64,000 bases of DNA, from contig CM119372.1 in assembly GCA_051294905.1 (NCBI GenBank), positions 25,360,001-25,424,000 of the forward strand, read 5' to 3'. The stretch's first letter is position 1, and every line of letters starts with the position of its first letter. The notes below the pieces were generated by a model that was not told the origin of the DNA, did not search any database, and saw only the letters and a program-made list of their open reading frames with translations. This document shows, in pieces, positions 12,376 to 25,246 of the stretch. The position numbers were made by a program, and so were the translations under genes. Source of the stretch: Botryllus schlosseri. Lineage: Eukaryota.

Positions 12376-14855
12376 CATGGCTTTGGAGCCGGAGCCGGAG
12401 CCCCGGAGCCGTGAATTTCTACCGGAGCTGGAGCCGGAGCCGGAGCTCTATATAAACTTCAGCAGGAGCCGGAGCTGGAGCTAGTTATTTGAGGGGTAGC
12501 TCCGGCTCCGACGTATTTCATATGATGCTATTATATATGCAACAACCATATCTGCCGAGTTCACATACTTCAACAGCAGGCCTTCGCGAAATTAAGAATC
12601 TTTTCCTCTTTGGCGCTACCTTATCCGACTAACCATGTTCCTGGGGATTTAACAGCAGAGCAGTCATATGTTCAATGTTCAATTTTCATACATGAATGCC
12701 GAAGCTCGGTATGCTAGAAATGCCTGTGAATATTATGGGTATTCGGCATACCCGCAATTTCATCATCAGCACAACCTTGTTGGCCAATTGTACGGTTCGA
12801 AAATAATGATCACTATGCATTCATGCTGGTGACGTCATATTTTGTGATACGATTGTTGATATACAATGTTCTTTCCAATTCTCTACTAGTTGCTGACGAT
12901 TACCCCTGACGAGTGTCAGCCGAAAATATTCGGGTTCATTTCAATATGAATATACTATTTAATACTATGCATTACGCGAAATGGGAGAGAGGATAAAAAC
13001 GTGATTTCGTTGCACGATGCACATGTCGAATTGTCGATATGACGAGCACGAGCCGAGAAATTCCATCTCATTGTTGCTATGAATCGGATGAGCAAATACT
13101 CGTTCTTTCGTGATAGTTCGTTAATCGGGCCGCGAAATTGGACAGTGTTAGTGAGTATGCAATTATGCATGCGAATTGGAATTCCTTACTGCGCATGATC
13201 GTCATTCACTCCAGTAAGGATTTTCGAGCGTGAATAGGGGATGGCAGAAGAGTAACCCAAAACGCCGTTGCACTCAGCGAACAATTGTCGCGGTGCGAGC
13301 GACTCAATGCGACGTCAGGACCCCAGGGTATTTATGTTGGAGACAAATTACTCATTCGATACGCGATTTCAAATTTGTAATCATCTGTTTCGTAAATTCT
13401 TTCTTGATGTCTGCTTGATACTCTAGTATTCACGGATTATCGCTCACTGTGACTTATAAATGTGCAATGCGCATACTGCATATTTTAATTCGTTATGGGC
13501 ATGGCGCAATGTGCATGGCACAGTGTTTAATTCGATTATTCGATTCGTTTCAATGGGAAAATATTATATTCCGATAAACTTGATCGACACCGGATGGACT
13601 GGTAACGAGTGCATAAATATCGAACGTCAAACCATTGGCCATTTGGTACAAATCGAATTTTTATTGATGAGGTCGTGATCTCCGCCCATATTGCTCTTAC
13701 TATACAGTTACAGTTGAATAATAATCGCATATTTAAAGATTGAATTGAGCTGTATGGCTTAATGTTAACGAGTACAGTGCCAGTGTTAAAACGCCACATC
13801 AGAATTTTCATACCGTGCACAGCAATGGCATGAAGTAAAGTGCGTTCTAGTGCAACTATGATGTTATCGACAATTGACAAATTCATTATGACGTCACAAG
13901 CCACGGCGGCACCTATGTCTTCGTTGCTGCATCCGATGTAACTGACGGCTGACAGACTCTAGATTACTATCTACGGGTAAATTAGTAATCTATACAGACC
14001 AGGGGTGGCCAACCTTTTCGGCTAAAGGGCCACATGAAATTGACGAACGAGGGCGCTGCCCACTAGGCGCACCAGCGCGTAAAATTTTCAAAGTTAATAT
14101 TATTATTACTTGGGTATATTGCGGGTCAACTGTATACCGCCCGCTGGGCTCAGTTTGCAAGGACAGGACTATTCGGCATCTGGGCATATCGATATCGAAG
14201 ATTTGCGCTAATATACGACAATCATTTTGTGCCTAAATTTCATCGTCGACGATTTTTCTGCGAGCGCAAACGCGAAAAGACTTTCTCTCGTAATTGCGAA
14301 TATAGTTAGATTCAATCGGCTAAATCAGGCGTTTTTTCATTTTCAGGAGGGGGTAGGGTACAAAGCAAGAAATTGTGTGACAATTAAACACGCCAAGCGT
14401 GAAGAAAAATTTTACTACTCTTCTAGTTTATTGTAATGTACGACGATTTACTTGAAATGTGACTGGACCGTGGATCTGCCAATGCGTCAGAACTGATATG
14501 TTAGTCATCAACATCCCAAGTGTTGCGGCCAGACTAATCATATTTTTGGTTGGCCTTTCAAGTTCACAATCTGAGCAATTCAATATCGATAATATACCAG
14601 GATTTCGATAATATAATGGGAAGTTAGCTCGCGGGCTACTCAAAACCTTTTCGCGGGCCACATACGGCCCGCAGGCCGCGGGTTGCTCACCCCAGATATA
14701 CACAGGCACCTTCGATAGTATACAGAGGCGGAGCCGGAGCTGGAGCCGGAGCAGTGGTAATAATGCGGCTCCGGAGCTGGAGCCGGAGCTAGTGTATGAT
14801 AGAAGAAAGCTCCGGAGCTGGAGCAATGCAAATTTCCGGCTGCTCCAAAGCCCTG
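12376..14855 (+). mobile_element. hAT-type element C (GGAGCC subterminal repeats) nested in B
   Basis: TIR catggctttggagc / gctccaaagccctg; TSD gttggaac/gttgaaac. Second copy at 53759-55050. Confidence 0.9.
14000..14695 (+). mobile_element. hAT MITE D nested in C
   Basis: Ends caggggtggccaacc / ggttgctcaccccag; degenerate TSD atacagac/atatacac. Confidence 0.85.
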
Positions 14856-14899
14856 GTTGAAACCCTCAAAATAGTCTGTTCAACAGTTATAGTCTAGAT

Positions 14900-16460
14900 C
14901 AGTGGCCTGGAACCTTTTATATCGAAGAGCCATATTGGCCCAATATTTTCAATTGTAGCTCCCAAAGAGCCATACATGTCAATAAACTGTTACGTCACAA
15001 TTGTAAAACCGTGACGTTCTGGTGGCACTAATATATGGGTTCCGTAGTGTGCGCCATATTTTTCTGTCCACGTGCGTAGTTGGAGTCTTAACATTTCTCA
15101 CTACAGCAGTGGACCTGCATACCCACTGCAGGGTGAGATACGTCCGTGACGTTGGATTAAGGTTGGGAAAAGGAGGCAGTGCATCATATGTCGTCATAGC
15201 TGAGCGAAGGAAAATTGTGAAACCTTCAATTAACGATTGGTATTTTCTATCGATGTTTAATATTGACTATAGATTTCGAACATTTTTATTCCCAAAATCA
15301 CGGAATTTTCATATTTATTGTTAGAAAATAAAGCACGAAAGGAAGGGTAAGGCAGAGATGAGTCACAGACGCGCCAAGCCTCGCCTGTGATAGCGGAACT
15401 CTTCGTAAATAGCTTGGAAGTTATATTCACTGGAAATGATCAAATGTAATTGTCGCGCTGATTCCGAAAATCAAAGTACTGATCGACTTATTAAGTATTA
15501 GGCGTACGTAACGCTGCGCTACATACCTACATTTTTACGGCGGTGCTAGAAAGCTATACTTACCAATCAAGAACATGGATAGCTATTGCGTTGTTTCTAA
15601 TATGAATTTGTAATTGTGAATGTCACTTCCAAGTCAGTTTATGTCCCGGCGTAGATTAGAAAGACAATGTGTATTTGAAAATTGCATTGTCCTACAAGCG
15701 TGTCAGGCCATGTCCACTATTCTCTTCGATCAATCAAAGTATCGTGCAATCCAAGATTTCGACGCGCGCGATGGCGAGTCTAGATCGAATTCGCGAGTTG
15801 TGATAGTCGTCGGAGCGACAGCAACTTAAATTTGGGGATTTTGGTAAGGAGGATGAGGATGAGGACGGTACCAGAACCTAACCCTAGATCAGTGGTTCTC
15901 AACGTGAGCGATATCGCCCCCTAGGGAGCCATTTGGCGGTCTAGAAGGTCGGAAATAATGAAGGGGGCGATAGGGGAACGAAAACGGACAAAGGGGGCAA
16001 TAGCGCTTGAAAATAGCTATATTGGAGTCAAGTCGGAGAAATTACCTTTTTTTAGTTAACTCTCGAAAATGTAGCTGTAAAAGTGTATTTACGAGGTCAG
16101 GTCGAGCCGATAAGTTAACCTTTTTTTAGTCAACTCGCCGGTGATTACAGTTTGTATGCCCAATTTTCGGTACCCAATATTTGGGGGGGGGAGATAATCG
16201 GTGTGGATCTTGAAAAGGGGGCGATGAGTCGGAAAAGGTTGGGAATCACTGCCCCAGATAGTGGATATTCCACTGTCTTGACCTCTAAAAGACATGCTTA
16301 TACTGCCACGGGAAAAATTATTGTGCCTGTCATGAAAATTTACTAACAAGTGGATGCAATATTCATAAAATACGCAACAAATCAAGAATTTTTCAAAGAG
16401 CCATATGTTACACCCGAAAGAGCCATATATGGCTCGCGAGCCATAGGTTCCCGACCACTG
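14900..16460. mobile_element. hAT (Charlie/Buster-like) element E nested in B
   Basis: Ends cagtggcctggaacct / aggttcccgaccactg; exact TSD gtctagat. Confidence 0.9.
15890..16251. mobile_element. hAT MITE F nested in E
   Basis: Ends cagtggttctcaac / gttgggaatcactg; TSD ccctagat/ccccagat. Confidence 0.85.
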
Positions 16461-17796
16461 GTCTAGATAATTCGTCAAATGAGCTATATTTACTCTATAT
16501 TCTCAATTGTCAATCTCAATCCACTAGGACGTCACAATTTTATATTCGTGACGTCGTGGTTTAAAAAAAACATTTTTTAAACAAGGGCCTTGTTTTAAAC
16601 ATGTCTGTTTTAAATTGATTTTTGTTTTAAATGCAACCCTAATTTATAGTAATAGGCATTTAGGTGCCAGTGAATACCGTGCCACGACACACCAAAAGAT
16701 ATACGCAGTTTCCACCAACATGCGACTTCACGAAGTGTGCTACTAACGAAAGACCTTGGTCGAAACTTAAGGTATGTGTCCGTTGTCAATAGCCACGCTG
16801 GGTAGACGTGACTAATAGTACGGCCCTTCCAATTTGAGCTCATAATGCAAATGCCACCTGGGTCACCCACAGAGTTTTAAAGACATGACAATTTGTGTGT
16901 GCGTCTCACCAAAGTTCTTGCGCCACTTCAATATCTTTTGATTATATAACAGACCGGAGGTCACGAATTAACAACATAAACTAAAGCAATTATAACAAGA
17001 TACCGGACGTTATAATTATGAATTACGTGCTCCCAGCTCTAATGGCAAATCTGACCATCGGGGCTGAGAGAGGATTAAAAATTAATAGTAATATAATGCA
17101 ACTATACTAATAATATTGACGAAATTCAGTCTTCAACTTGAAAATACCACCATATGGGGCCAAAGACCAACGTTTGGAGTGGGGGACGAATTGCTGTTTA
17201 GGTCCAGATTCTAGCTACAACCCACGCTAACATGGTATAGAACTTCTATATATATATATATATATAGAACTTCTATAATAGAAGCCCATGGCCATGGCGG
17301 CAGGTCCCAATGTTGAGTAAAGAATGGTGAAATAACGATTGACGCCTGTTTCAAGTAGAGTCATATGAGAACAAGATGAAGCCGGGGCCCGATGATGCGA
17401 ACACAAAATTCTGCCATCAACTTCATACAGATAATGTACTGCAAGCTGCCGTTACGTGAAACGGCAAAGACGGCTCGGCTATGATATATATCATTAGCTG
17501 TTGATTTTTACTGCTTCCTTGTGGAAACCGTAATGTTTTATTTGGCGAGTACAAAATTTCAAATCTTTGTCCGGTGTACGTACGTAGTACATAGGCCTAC
17601 TGCTCGCCAAGAAGCAACGGTCAAACTGCGTTTAACTAAGCATAGCCAAACATCAATACATAAGTCACTATTTTAAACTAGGCAGAATGGAGATTAATTA
17701 TCCTGCTGCGAGGGAGTGGCGTATGGAACGTGTTGATAACCTGAAATACAGCACGGTGGGTGTTCTTACAATCACACTAATGTAGGCTACGTAGTC

Positions 17797-18610
17797 CAGG
17801 GTTGCCAGACATCTTTTGCGAAAAAGGGCCAAACAGCGCCGGAAAAGGGGCCAAAAGGGGCCAAAAAGGGCCAAATTGTTCAATAACGTCAATAACGTTG
17901 CAACATTAACCATAGACACCTGGAATTCCAGTTTTATATTGTTGATACTGTTGTAGGACACCAAATCCACTACCTGCAACTACACTGGATCCAACTGCAA
18001 TAACTGCTTCATTGTTTCAAGCCTTTTCCGACTGAATATAAAATCATAAAATAAATCTTTTTGTGCTATAATATAAGAGTGATTAAATTTTATGAATTTT
18101 CATTAAACATTGAGAGAATAGTTTTTTACATTTGAAAGTTATCCAACTTAATATATATACCTAATTTTTAGGTTTTTCACCAAAAAACTCTACGGTTATG
18201 TTGCATTTTTTTCTTTGAAATTTCTATCAATCATTAAGTACTATAAGGGTGCTCTTCTTCAGACTTTTTCTGCTAGATAGCTTCCATCTATGTTCGATGC
18301 TTTTTCGTCCACCTGTTCACAAACCTGTATTTACAATTCCAACACAGTCTACATTCTACAAAACCAAATCCAAATCTTCCACAGTGTTTCCACTCGAATC
18401 TTTGACATTGGCATAAACATTGTCAGCTCAATTTGCGAGATAGATTTATTTGAATACTTAGTTTGACGGTATGTCTCAACTGCTTCCAAAAAGGGCCAAA
18501 AATTGAAAATAAAGGGCCAAGGGGCCAAATTATTATTTTGGGGCCAACAGCCTCTAAAAAGGGCCAAATTTCACGAATTTGGCCCCGAAAGGGCCAATCT
18601 GGCAACCCTG
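17797..18610. mobile_element. hAT (Blackjack-like termini) MITE G nested in A
   Basis: TIR cagggttgccaga / tctggcaaccctg; gggccaaa subterminal repeats; imperfect flank repeat ctacgta. Confidence 0.8.
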
Positions 18611-19774
18611 CTACGTACATCGAATATCTATTTACTGTGGATACTTCTTAAGTAATGGCGAGCAAAGCTAATAGGCTACTTCTGACGTAATAATGAGCAA
18701 TAGCATTTGGAAATCAGACGTGTGTGCTATCGCGAACCTGATATAATATCTCTTCCTTGCTCACGAATGTTCAGTTTATGTCATAGTCCTTGTACAAATA
18801 AAAAGTAATCGTTCTTTCACTAATAAATCGATTAGATATGCGAAGTAGTCGATTACGATTACGATTACTTCGGATTTTTTTCGAATGTAATCGATTGCGA
18901 TTACGATTACTTGAAAATGCTGTAATCGTCGTAATCGATTACGATTACTAATCGTGATTACCCCATGTCTGATTCTATGTCATAAAGTAGAGCAAGTGTT
19001 GGGAGCCGCCAACTATTGATGCATTTGATAGGCTGCAACGACATTTAAAAAGAAAGAGAACCACTGGCGTAATAGCGTGGCATAGTATCAAGTTTGTTAT
19101 GTATTCTTGCTACTGCCTTATCTTATACGTGTATTAGTTGGTTGTACATGTTATCAGTAGGGCAAGTTTTTGTTGCACTAAAATCACTAAAAAGTTGCAT
19201 TTATTTTTTAACAAAAGTTGCGGTAAAAAGTTGCATTTATAATTTTTGTTGAATTATTAGGGTATGGGATACTCGAAAGGTTCCGCTGAATAAGCTATAG
19301 TTTCTGCAGAGCTGTCAAATTTGTTACTTTATTGCCATTTAACGCACGGTCTGGCGAAACCACCAAGAATTTCATTTTTTCCGGCACATAGCAAGAAAAT
19401 TATGCAATGCGAGAATAATTTCCCCCCAAAAGCCAAACAGCATAGCTATGACCCCCTCCCCCTAAAAACAAGTCAGATACCACACTCGAAATTCTCTAGG
19501 TCTGCAAACTTGACCCAAGGCGTTGCAGAGAGAAACTCACTCTTAGCGACTTTAACAACATCTATAGCCTGAATAAGGTGATCCAGTAAAAATGTAATTT
19601 TCGGCGGTCTCGCCTGGGCGTTCATGAAATGGGAAACTACCTCAAATTTAAACGAAAGCATCAATAAAGCCATCTATTTACATATTGTTCGGACACGGTC
19701 GTGCTTGGCGGGGTAGTTGAACTTTCTGCTTGCAAGCCATTGTGTCGTAGATAACACAGTGAGATGCAGTTAAC

Positions 19775-20499
19775 TAGGGTTACCATACGTCCTCTTTTAA
19801 GAGGATTTGTCCTCTTTTTTGACTTTTTTGAAAGTGTCCTCGGAGGACGCCCTTTTGTCCTCTTTTTTGAGATTTTGTCCTCTTTTTTAAAAATTTAGGA
19901 ATTTAGGTCAGATTTAGAGCTAATTGTGAGTGATATGCTGTAAATTAGCACAGAAGTGATGCTCCGACCGAGCGAGATAGTATAATGGTTATGCGTCCGG
20001 CTTCTCGAGCATTATAGGTCGTGGGTTCGATCCCCGGCCGGGTCATACCAAAGACTCGAAAATTGGTATCCGCAGCTCTCCTGCTAGGCGCTCAGCAATC
20101 ACGGATAGCATGGAGGAGAAAAAACGGGGGCGCAGACTAGATGACCTCATGGGGCCGTATCGCAACTCCGTCGTCAAAGCATCTCGATGGTGCAGGCGAA
20201 AAAGAATATCATATCTCTCTCTCCGGCGGGTATTTCGGAGTGAAAAACGGTGATTTTAGCTCTGAGCGAAAAGATGACCTATTTTTTTTAAGTCATTCAC
20301 CTAGCAATGCGCGGAGAAAAACGGTATTTTGAGCTCTGAGAGGAAAGATGACCTATTTTTTTGTTTTTTTATTTTTTTAGTCAACCGATCACAAAGTGGG
20401 AAAAATTCACCGGTTTTTCAGAATTCTTCTCCGGTTTTGCAGGTCTCAAATTTCTGATAAAGTGTCCTCTTTTTAGATTTCTAAAATATGGTAAACCTA
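19775..20499. mobile_element. hAT-type MITE I nested in H
   Basis: TIR tagggttaccata / tatggtaaaccta; TSD cagttaac/cagtcaac. Confidence 0.85.
19966..20200 (+). mobile_element. tRNA-derived SINE (family 3) nested in I
   Basis: A-box-like tagtataatggt and B box ggttcgatcc, followed by core gtcataccaaagact...ctgctaggcgctcagca. 3' end approximate. Confidence 0.7.
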
Positions 20500-21927
20500 C
20501 AGTCAACCAACCCATCACATAAGTCTTTGTTATGCAAATCAAAGAGAATAGAACTCTACTAGAAATAGTTAATAGCATGTTTTTAAATCACTCCTTTACA
20601 TTTTGACGCAATATTTGATAAAAGTTGCAGTAAAAATTGGTATGAAAAATAGAGAAATGCAAAAAGTTGCACTATCAAATCCTTCAAACGGCTTAAAACA
20701 TCATAGTACATAGATTCCGAGTATATCTAGGAAGCTGCAGGAAGCTGTAAAAAAGTTGCAAAAGTTGCAAAAACTTGCCCTAGTTATTAGTACTTCATAC
20801 TCATACGGAAAAATAGTGCATAATACCTTTCGGAATTGATTCACATTATTACTGACGTTCGCTTATGATGAGAGTCGGTCGAAAAACTATTAGCGTATAA
20901 ATTAATAATTTGAAGTTATTTTTTTGCGCCATCCATTAGACAGGCAATGTGTTATGGCAATATTAGAATATGGCTGTTGCCCTATAAAATGGGCATCGCT
21001 AGCACCATCCTTTTGAAATGCCAATTTCATCTCCAATATTCATCAGCTCATTTGCAATTCATCACTTCGTATCACGCTGTTGCGACGCACTTTCCGAAGG
21101 TGACGCCTCGTATTTCTGAACTGATCTCTGAACCGGAACAGCACAGCAGAAGTAACAACGACTTTTTACTTAGCGCCGCGGCAGTAATGGTAAGGTTCGG
21201 ATCCAGTTCTACCACTCTTCTATACGTGTCGAGGTTTCTATGGTATCCTCGTCGCCGACCTCACTGCAATTGCAATGTCTTTTCTTGAAACACCCCAGGA
21301 ATGTGAGTGAGCCGATCTGCGTAAACTGTATTAAGCAGTCATTACCAATATCATTGTGGTTGTGCACATGACCTTCGTTTGCGAGAAGCGCCAAATCTTG
21401 TGTATCTCAATAAAATTAGAAGATAACGGCTACTCGTGCCACTCACTGAAATGGTAACGTTTTGGAATACTTCTATTTCACTGCTTATTTTCTATACTCA
21501 TTTCTATTCTAATTTTGTACAGTAGAAAATTGTTTTGGGATATGTTTCCATTACGTTTTTGAGTGAAATTGTCATAAAGACTGGATAAAATGGCTCCGAC
21601 TGTAACACGTTAACGTAGGATTGCATTTAAAACAAACGGTGTTCTAAAAGACTTTGTTTAAAACATGTTTTAAACTGTGTTTTAAATGCCTTATAAAAAA
21701 ATTGAGTTTTGTTTTTCGAGCTTTCTGTCATTATGCCATAATTGTGTAATACTTACGACAAGACATGTAGTACGAGCCCACGGACGATTATTCCCAATAT
21801 AGTCGACGTATGCGATGTGGAATGGCTGGAATCCCCGATATCTTTCATTGTATCGCAGTCTTGTGGTGTATTGAAATGATGAAAATTGTAGCAATAAATT
21901 GATATGAATTGGTTCAAGAGTTGTAGC

Positions 21928-23235
21928 CAGGGTTGCCATACCGTCCTTATTTCTAAGATTTGTCATCATTTTGAAGGGCCACGCCTTAGAAAACTCAACT
22001 GTCCTTATTTCTAAGAAATGTCCTTGTTTTCGATTTGCGTCCTTATTTTGTCTTATTTTCAACAAATATACAGAACTTTGATCGTTTTCCTCTGGTATCT
22101 GTGTTGCATAATATTCTAAAATTATGCTTTTGGGTCGAGATTTTTTGACATAAATGAAAGGAACTCCCGTGGCGTACACACCACAGGATTTGACTTCTAA
22201 GTGGTGAGATAGCAAGGGCAGTGAGTGGTATAGCAGTTTCGGTTGTACCAAGCTATTGCAGTGGACGTCATTTTAGCAGTAAACAGCAGTAACAGGTTTC
22301 TGCTGCTTAGTCTACAGCAGAATAAGCTGTGGGGAAGGCAGCATTTATTGCGTACTGAAATGGTCTCGGTGCAGTCAACTCTTCGGTAAAAAAGTAGCAT
22401 AGCTATAAACCATTGATAAATTGATCTAAATTATATTGCCCATATAGTTTTAGCTACTAATAAGGCTAAATCTGATTAGTTGAAATGAACAGGCGTAAAA
22501 ACGTTTTTCGTGACGATTATGAGAGAGAATTCAAAGGTATCAAGCGCAACTTCAAGGACGAGTGTTTCGCACATTGCAATATCTGCAATTGTGACATTAA
22601 CTTGCAGGCCATAGGAAAGACCGCTATTTCAACCCACATTGATACCCCAAAACACAGGAAGTGCGTCATAATGATTAATTCGTGCCAGTCGATTATTATT
22701 CTTTTCACAAGTCGATCAGCACCAACGACCACAGACTACAAGGCAGCTGCTGCTGAGGGTCTGGGCATTCTATACTGTCAAACACCAGCAATAATTCCTC
22801 ACCAACAATTGGACATCGCAAATGTTCGAAGCAATATTCGCCGATTCTAATATCGCCAAAACGTTTGCTTTGGTCAGGACCAAAACTAGGGGCTTTGTTA
22901 CTGGAGTTCTTGCTCCATCCGCTAAAAAATGATTTTGTCTAAACTTGGTGTAGAGCCTTTTTCCATCTTGATCGTCGCCTCTAATCACAACGAGGTGAAG
23001 AAGTCTGGTTTATCTTTATCACCCTATGGGGGGCCAAGACCAACGTTATTTTTTTGAGGGGGGTGACGAAGTGCTCTTTCGATCTAGTTGCTGGATCAGG
23101 CTGTTTTTGGTGAGAAGTATGGAATGTGATTTGCCACGGCTCGTATAAATACAAAGTATGTACAAAGACGCTTTTTAATGCTAATCTAATTTTTCCACTG
23201 TCCTTATTTTGGGGTCTATGTCGATGCCAACCCTG
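21928..23235 (+). mobile_element. Internally deleted hAT transposon (Blackjack-like termini)
   Basis: TIR cagggttgcca / tgccaaccctg; TSD gttgtagc/gttatagc; gtccttatt subterminal repeats; carries a transposase relic. Confidence 0.88.
22485..23000 (+). pseudogene. hAT transposase N-terminal fragment (BED/TTF-type zinc finger to first catalytic-D region)
   Basis: AHCNICNCDINLQAIGKTAISTHIDTPKH. After a frameshift: WAFYTVKH...MFEAIFADSNIAKTFALVRTKT...VLAP, then (D>V)ASNH. Stops present. Confidence 0.8.
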
Positions 23236-25246
23236 GTTATAGCAAGTATAGGCTACATATATTTAAATTGGCATGGAAGGGGTGTTTTGATGATAATGAA
23301 TGACGACCGTAAAAATACTGCATATCGATGCAGTCTTGGTGAAAGATATTTTTGGTCTGTTTATGACATTGGTCGGAAGCCCTTTTCGTGGAAGAGCCAT
23401 ATTTACGCTATATTTTCAATTGTCAATGCCAATCCACCGTAACGTCAAAATTTAAGATTCGTGACGTCATGGCTACAAGAACCAATGAAAAACAATAAAA
23501 GCATATTTTAAACAACGGCTATGTTTTAAACATATTTGATTCAAATGCAATCTACACTATTAAACTTACTCAAATGATTACGTTTTTGAATACTTCTATT
23601 TCACTTCTTATTTTTAGACTTTGAATTTTGCGCAGTAGAAAATTGTTCTGGGATATGTTTCCATTACGTTTTTGAGTGAAATTGTCATAAAGACTGGACA
23701 AAATGTACTCAAGTATGTAGGTTGACAATATCCTGTGATGAGACATATACTTTATTTGACTTGGATATGACTGCGGATATCCGTGCGACCGTACTTAAGT
23801 TTTGCCTGTAACACGCTATACCGTTTAATGTGTTTTCAAAACTTGCATAGTTTCGTTCATTCAGAAGTCATTTTGCGTTGTTCACGAAGATGCACCCTAC
23901 AGTTACCTCCGGTTAACTGCTAAAAGTACCCGATTCCTCGACCAAATCTACCTTTTCAAACTACCTACTTGATATTTTACGGATCTTCATTTTCAACATC
24001 CACTTGATATAGTTTTTTCATACCTTGTAAATCGCGACTTCTACCTATAACTGAGTGTAATTGAGCGTTAGTTCCACTTCTACGTGATTACAAGTGACCA
24101 CTACTTTGTACACGTCTGGCGGGAGGGTGCCAAAACATGACAGATGCTGAAACTTGGCGCTGGTCCTAGCTGACATAGGGCAAGATGATCCTTTGCATCA
24201 CATGACAAGGTAGAATTTTTATGTTGTTAAAAATCTGTACAACCCGGGATGTACCAGCATAAACGGAGCTCTCTGCACCTTCCGCATTGAATACGTAGGA
24301 ATACAATTCGTGGCTCATGACCTATAGATTGAGTACATGTATTCGGTATCAGACTGTATGCAATCACAAGAACCCTTACTAAGATTGAGAACGGATATAT
24401 CATGTCGTCGTTCGAATAGATGTGATGCTGAAAATATATTCCTCCTGGAATGTAGCAGCTTGGAAGAAGCTCACTGCACCGTCCATATTGATCATGTGGA
24501 AATACAGTTTGTAACTCCGGATGAGCTTGAGAATGCATACTTGCATCCTGTTTGCAGTGATAATATCCTGTGATGAAACAAGGTTTATTTCATTTTGATA
24601 TGACTGCGGATATACGTGCATACGTTTCGTCCGTATTTGATTTGATTGATGTGGTTCATCAATTGATCAATGAGCCGCAGCAGTAGCATAGGTAGAACGT
24701 ATATAAAAAGGGAAATAAATTGCCACGCAAATCAGTCTCGAGTAACCTCGGACTCGATGTCTCAAAATATGTTCGACTGTCATCTAGCGTTTCCAGACTG
24801 GGACTGCGATCTATCTGCAAAGTTGGTATATCTTAGCGTACCAGCGGCCTCAAGCGATACTAGGAATATTTCTCAGAATTGCAAATGTATAGTTACAGTG
24901 AAAGCAGTAATATGAGCGTACCTTCTTCGGTATGGTACTCATACTAAAATCCAGAACTCTGGTGAAGCTGAATCACGCGAAGTAAGAAGAAAATCCCACC
25001 TTGAATATATAAAATATGAGCTCAAACTATACCCCACTTCATGTTGATTTACGAAATAATTTTTGGGGCCCTTCAGGCATCGAGTTTGATTTCGAAAATA
25101 AATCGCCTGAATATTTTCCTATTCCACAATATTTTGCGGGTTCACTTAATATTTTTTTTAAAAAGTGCTTCACGGTCCCATAAAATTGTCTCACGGAACC
25201 CAAAACGCCGCCGATCCCAGTTCGACACCCACTGCTAGAATCTAGT

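Larger units (their letters stand above)
12155..16641. mobile_element. hAT-type element B nested in A
   Basis: TIR tagggttgcatttaaaacaaa; exact TSD atttatag (12147-12154, 16642-16649). Confidence 0.9.
11625..18971. mobile_element. hAT-type element A (outermost layer of a nest), CGATTA subterminal repeats
   Basis: TIR cagacatggggt / accccatgtctg; exact 8-bp TSD attctatg (11617-11624, 18972-18979). Confidence 0.9.
19158..20782. mobile_element. hAT-type element H
   Basis: TIR tagggcaagttttt; TSD gttatcag/gttattag; aaagttgc subterminal repeats. Confidence 0.85.
21616..23554. mobile_element. Second, more diverged copy of element B family
   Basis: Ends taggattgcatttaaaacaaa / caaatgcaatcta with B-like subterminal sequence; no TSD seen. 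Confidence 0.7.
20900..24650 (-). pseudogene. Fragmented, internally duplicated coding relic, tentatively URGCP/very-large-GTPase (GVIN)-like, interrupted by TEs
   Basis: Duplicated segments (21458-21590 = 23581-23705; 23726-23790 = 24560-24620). Repeated peptide GRC.EL...YIPG. A homologous fragment lies at 37260-37790 (+) with shared peptide LT.N..QL.GRSRD...M.KL.Q..V.NED. Family assignment is weak. Confidence 0.35.

Noticed and set aside
14428..14831. Low-complexity ORFs (APAPAP, RRIAT, VESIRR, LRLRL; also 6215, 7553, 11660, 54796, 55611 and 56938-57540)
   Set aside because: Translations of TE subterminal or tandem repeats, not genes.
19966..20045. tRNA genes suggested by A/B boxes (also 25440-25520 and 33795-33865)
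   Set aside because: No convincing cloverleaf or oligo-T terminator; each continues into a SINE-type body, and one has a TSD and (CAAA)n tail.
21691..22251. 186-aa minus-strand ORF
   Set aside because: Spans the junction of two nested TEs and has no recognisable domain.
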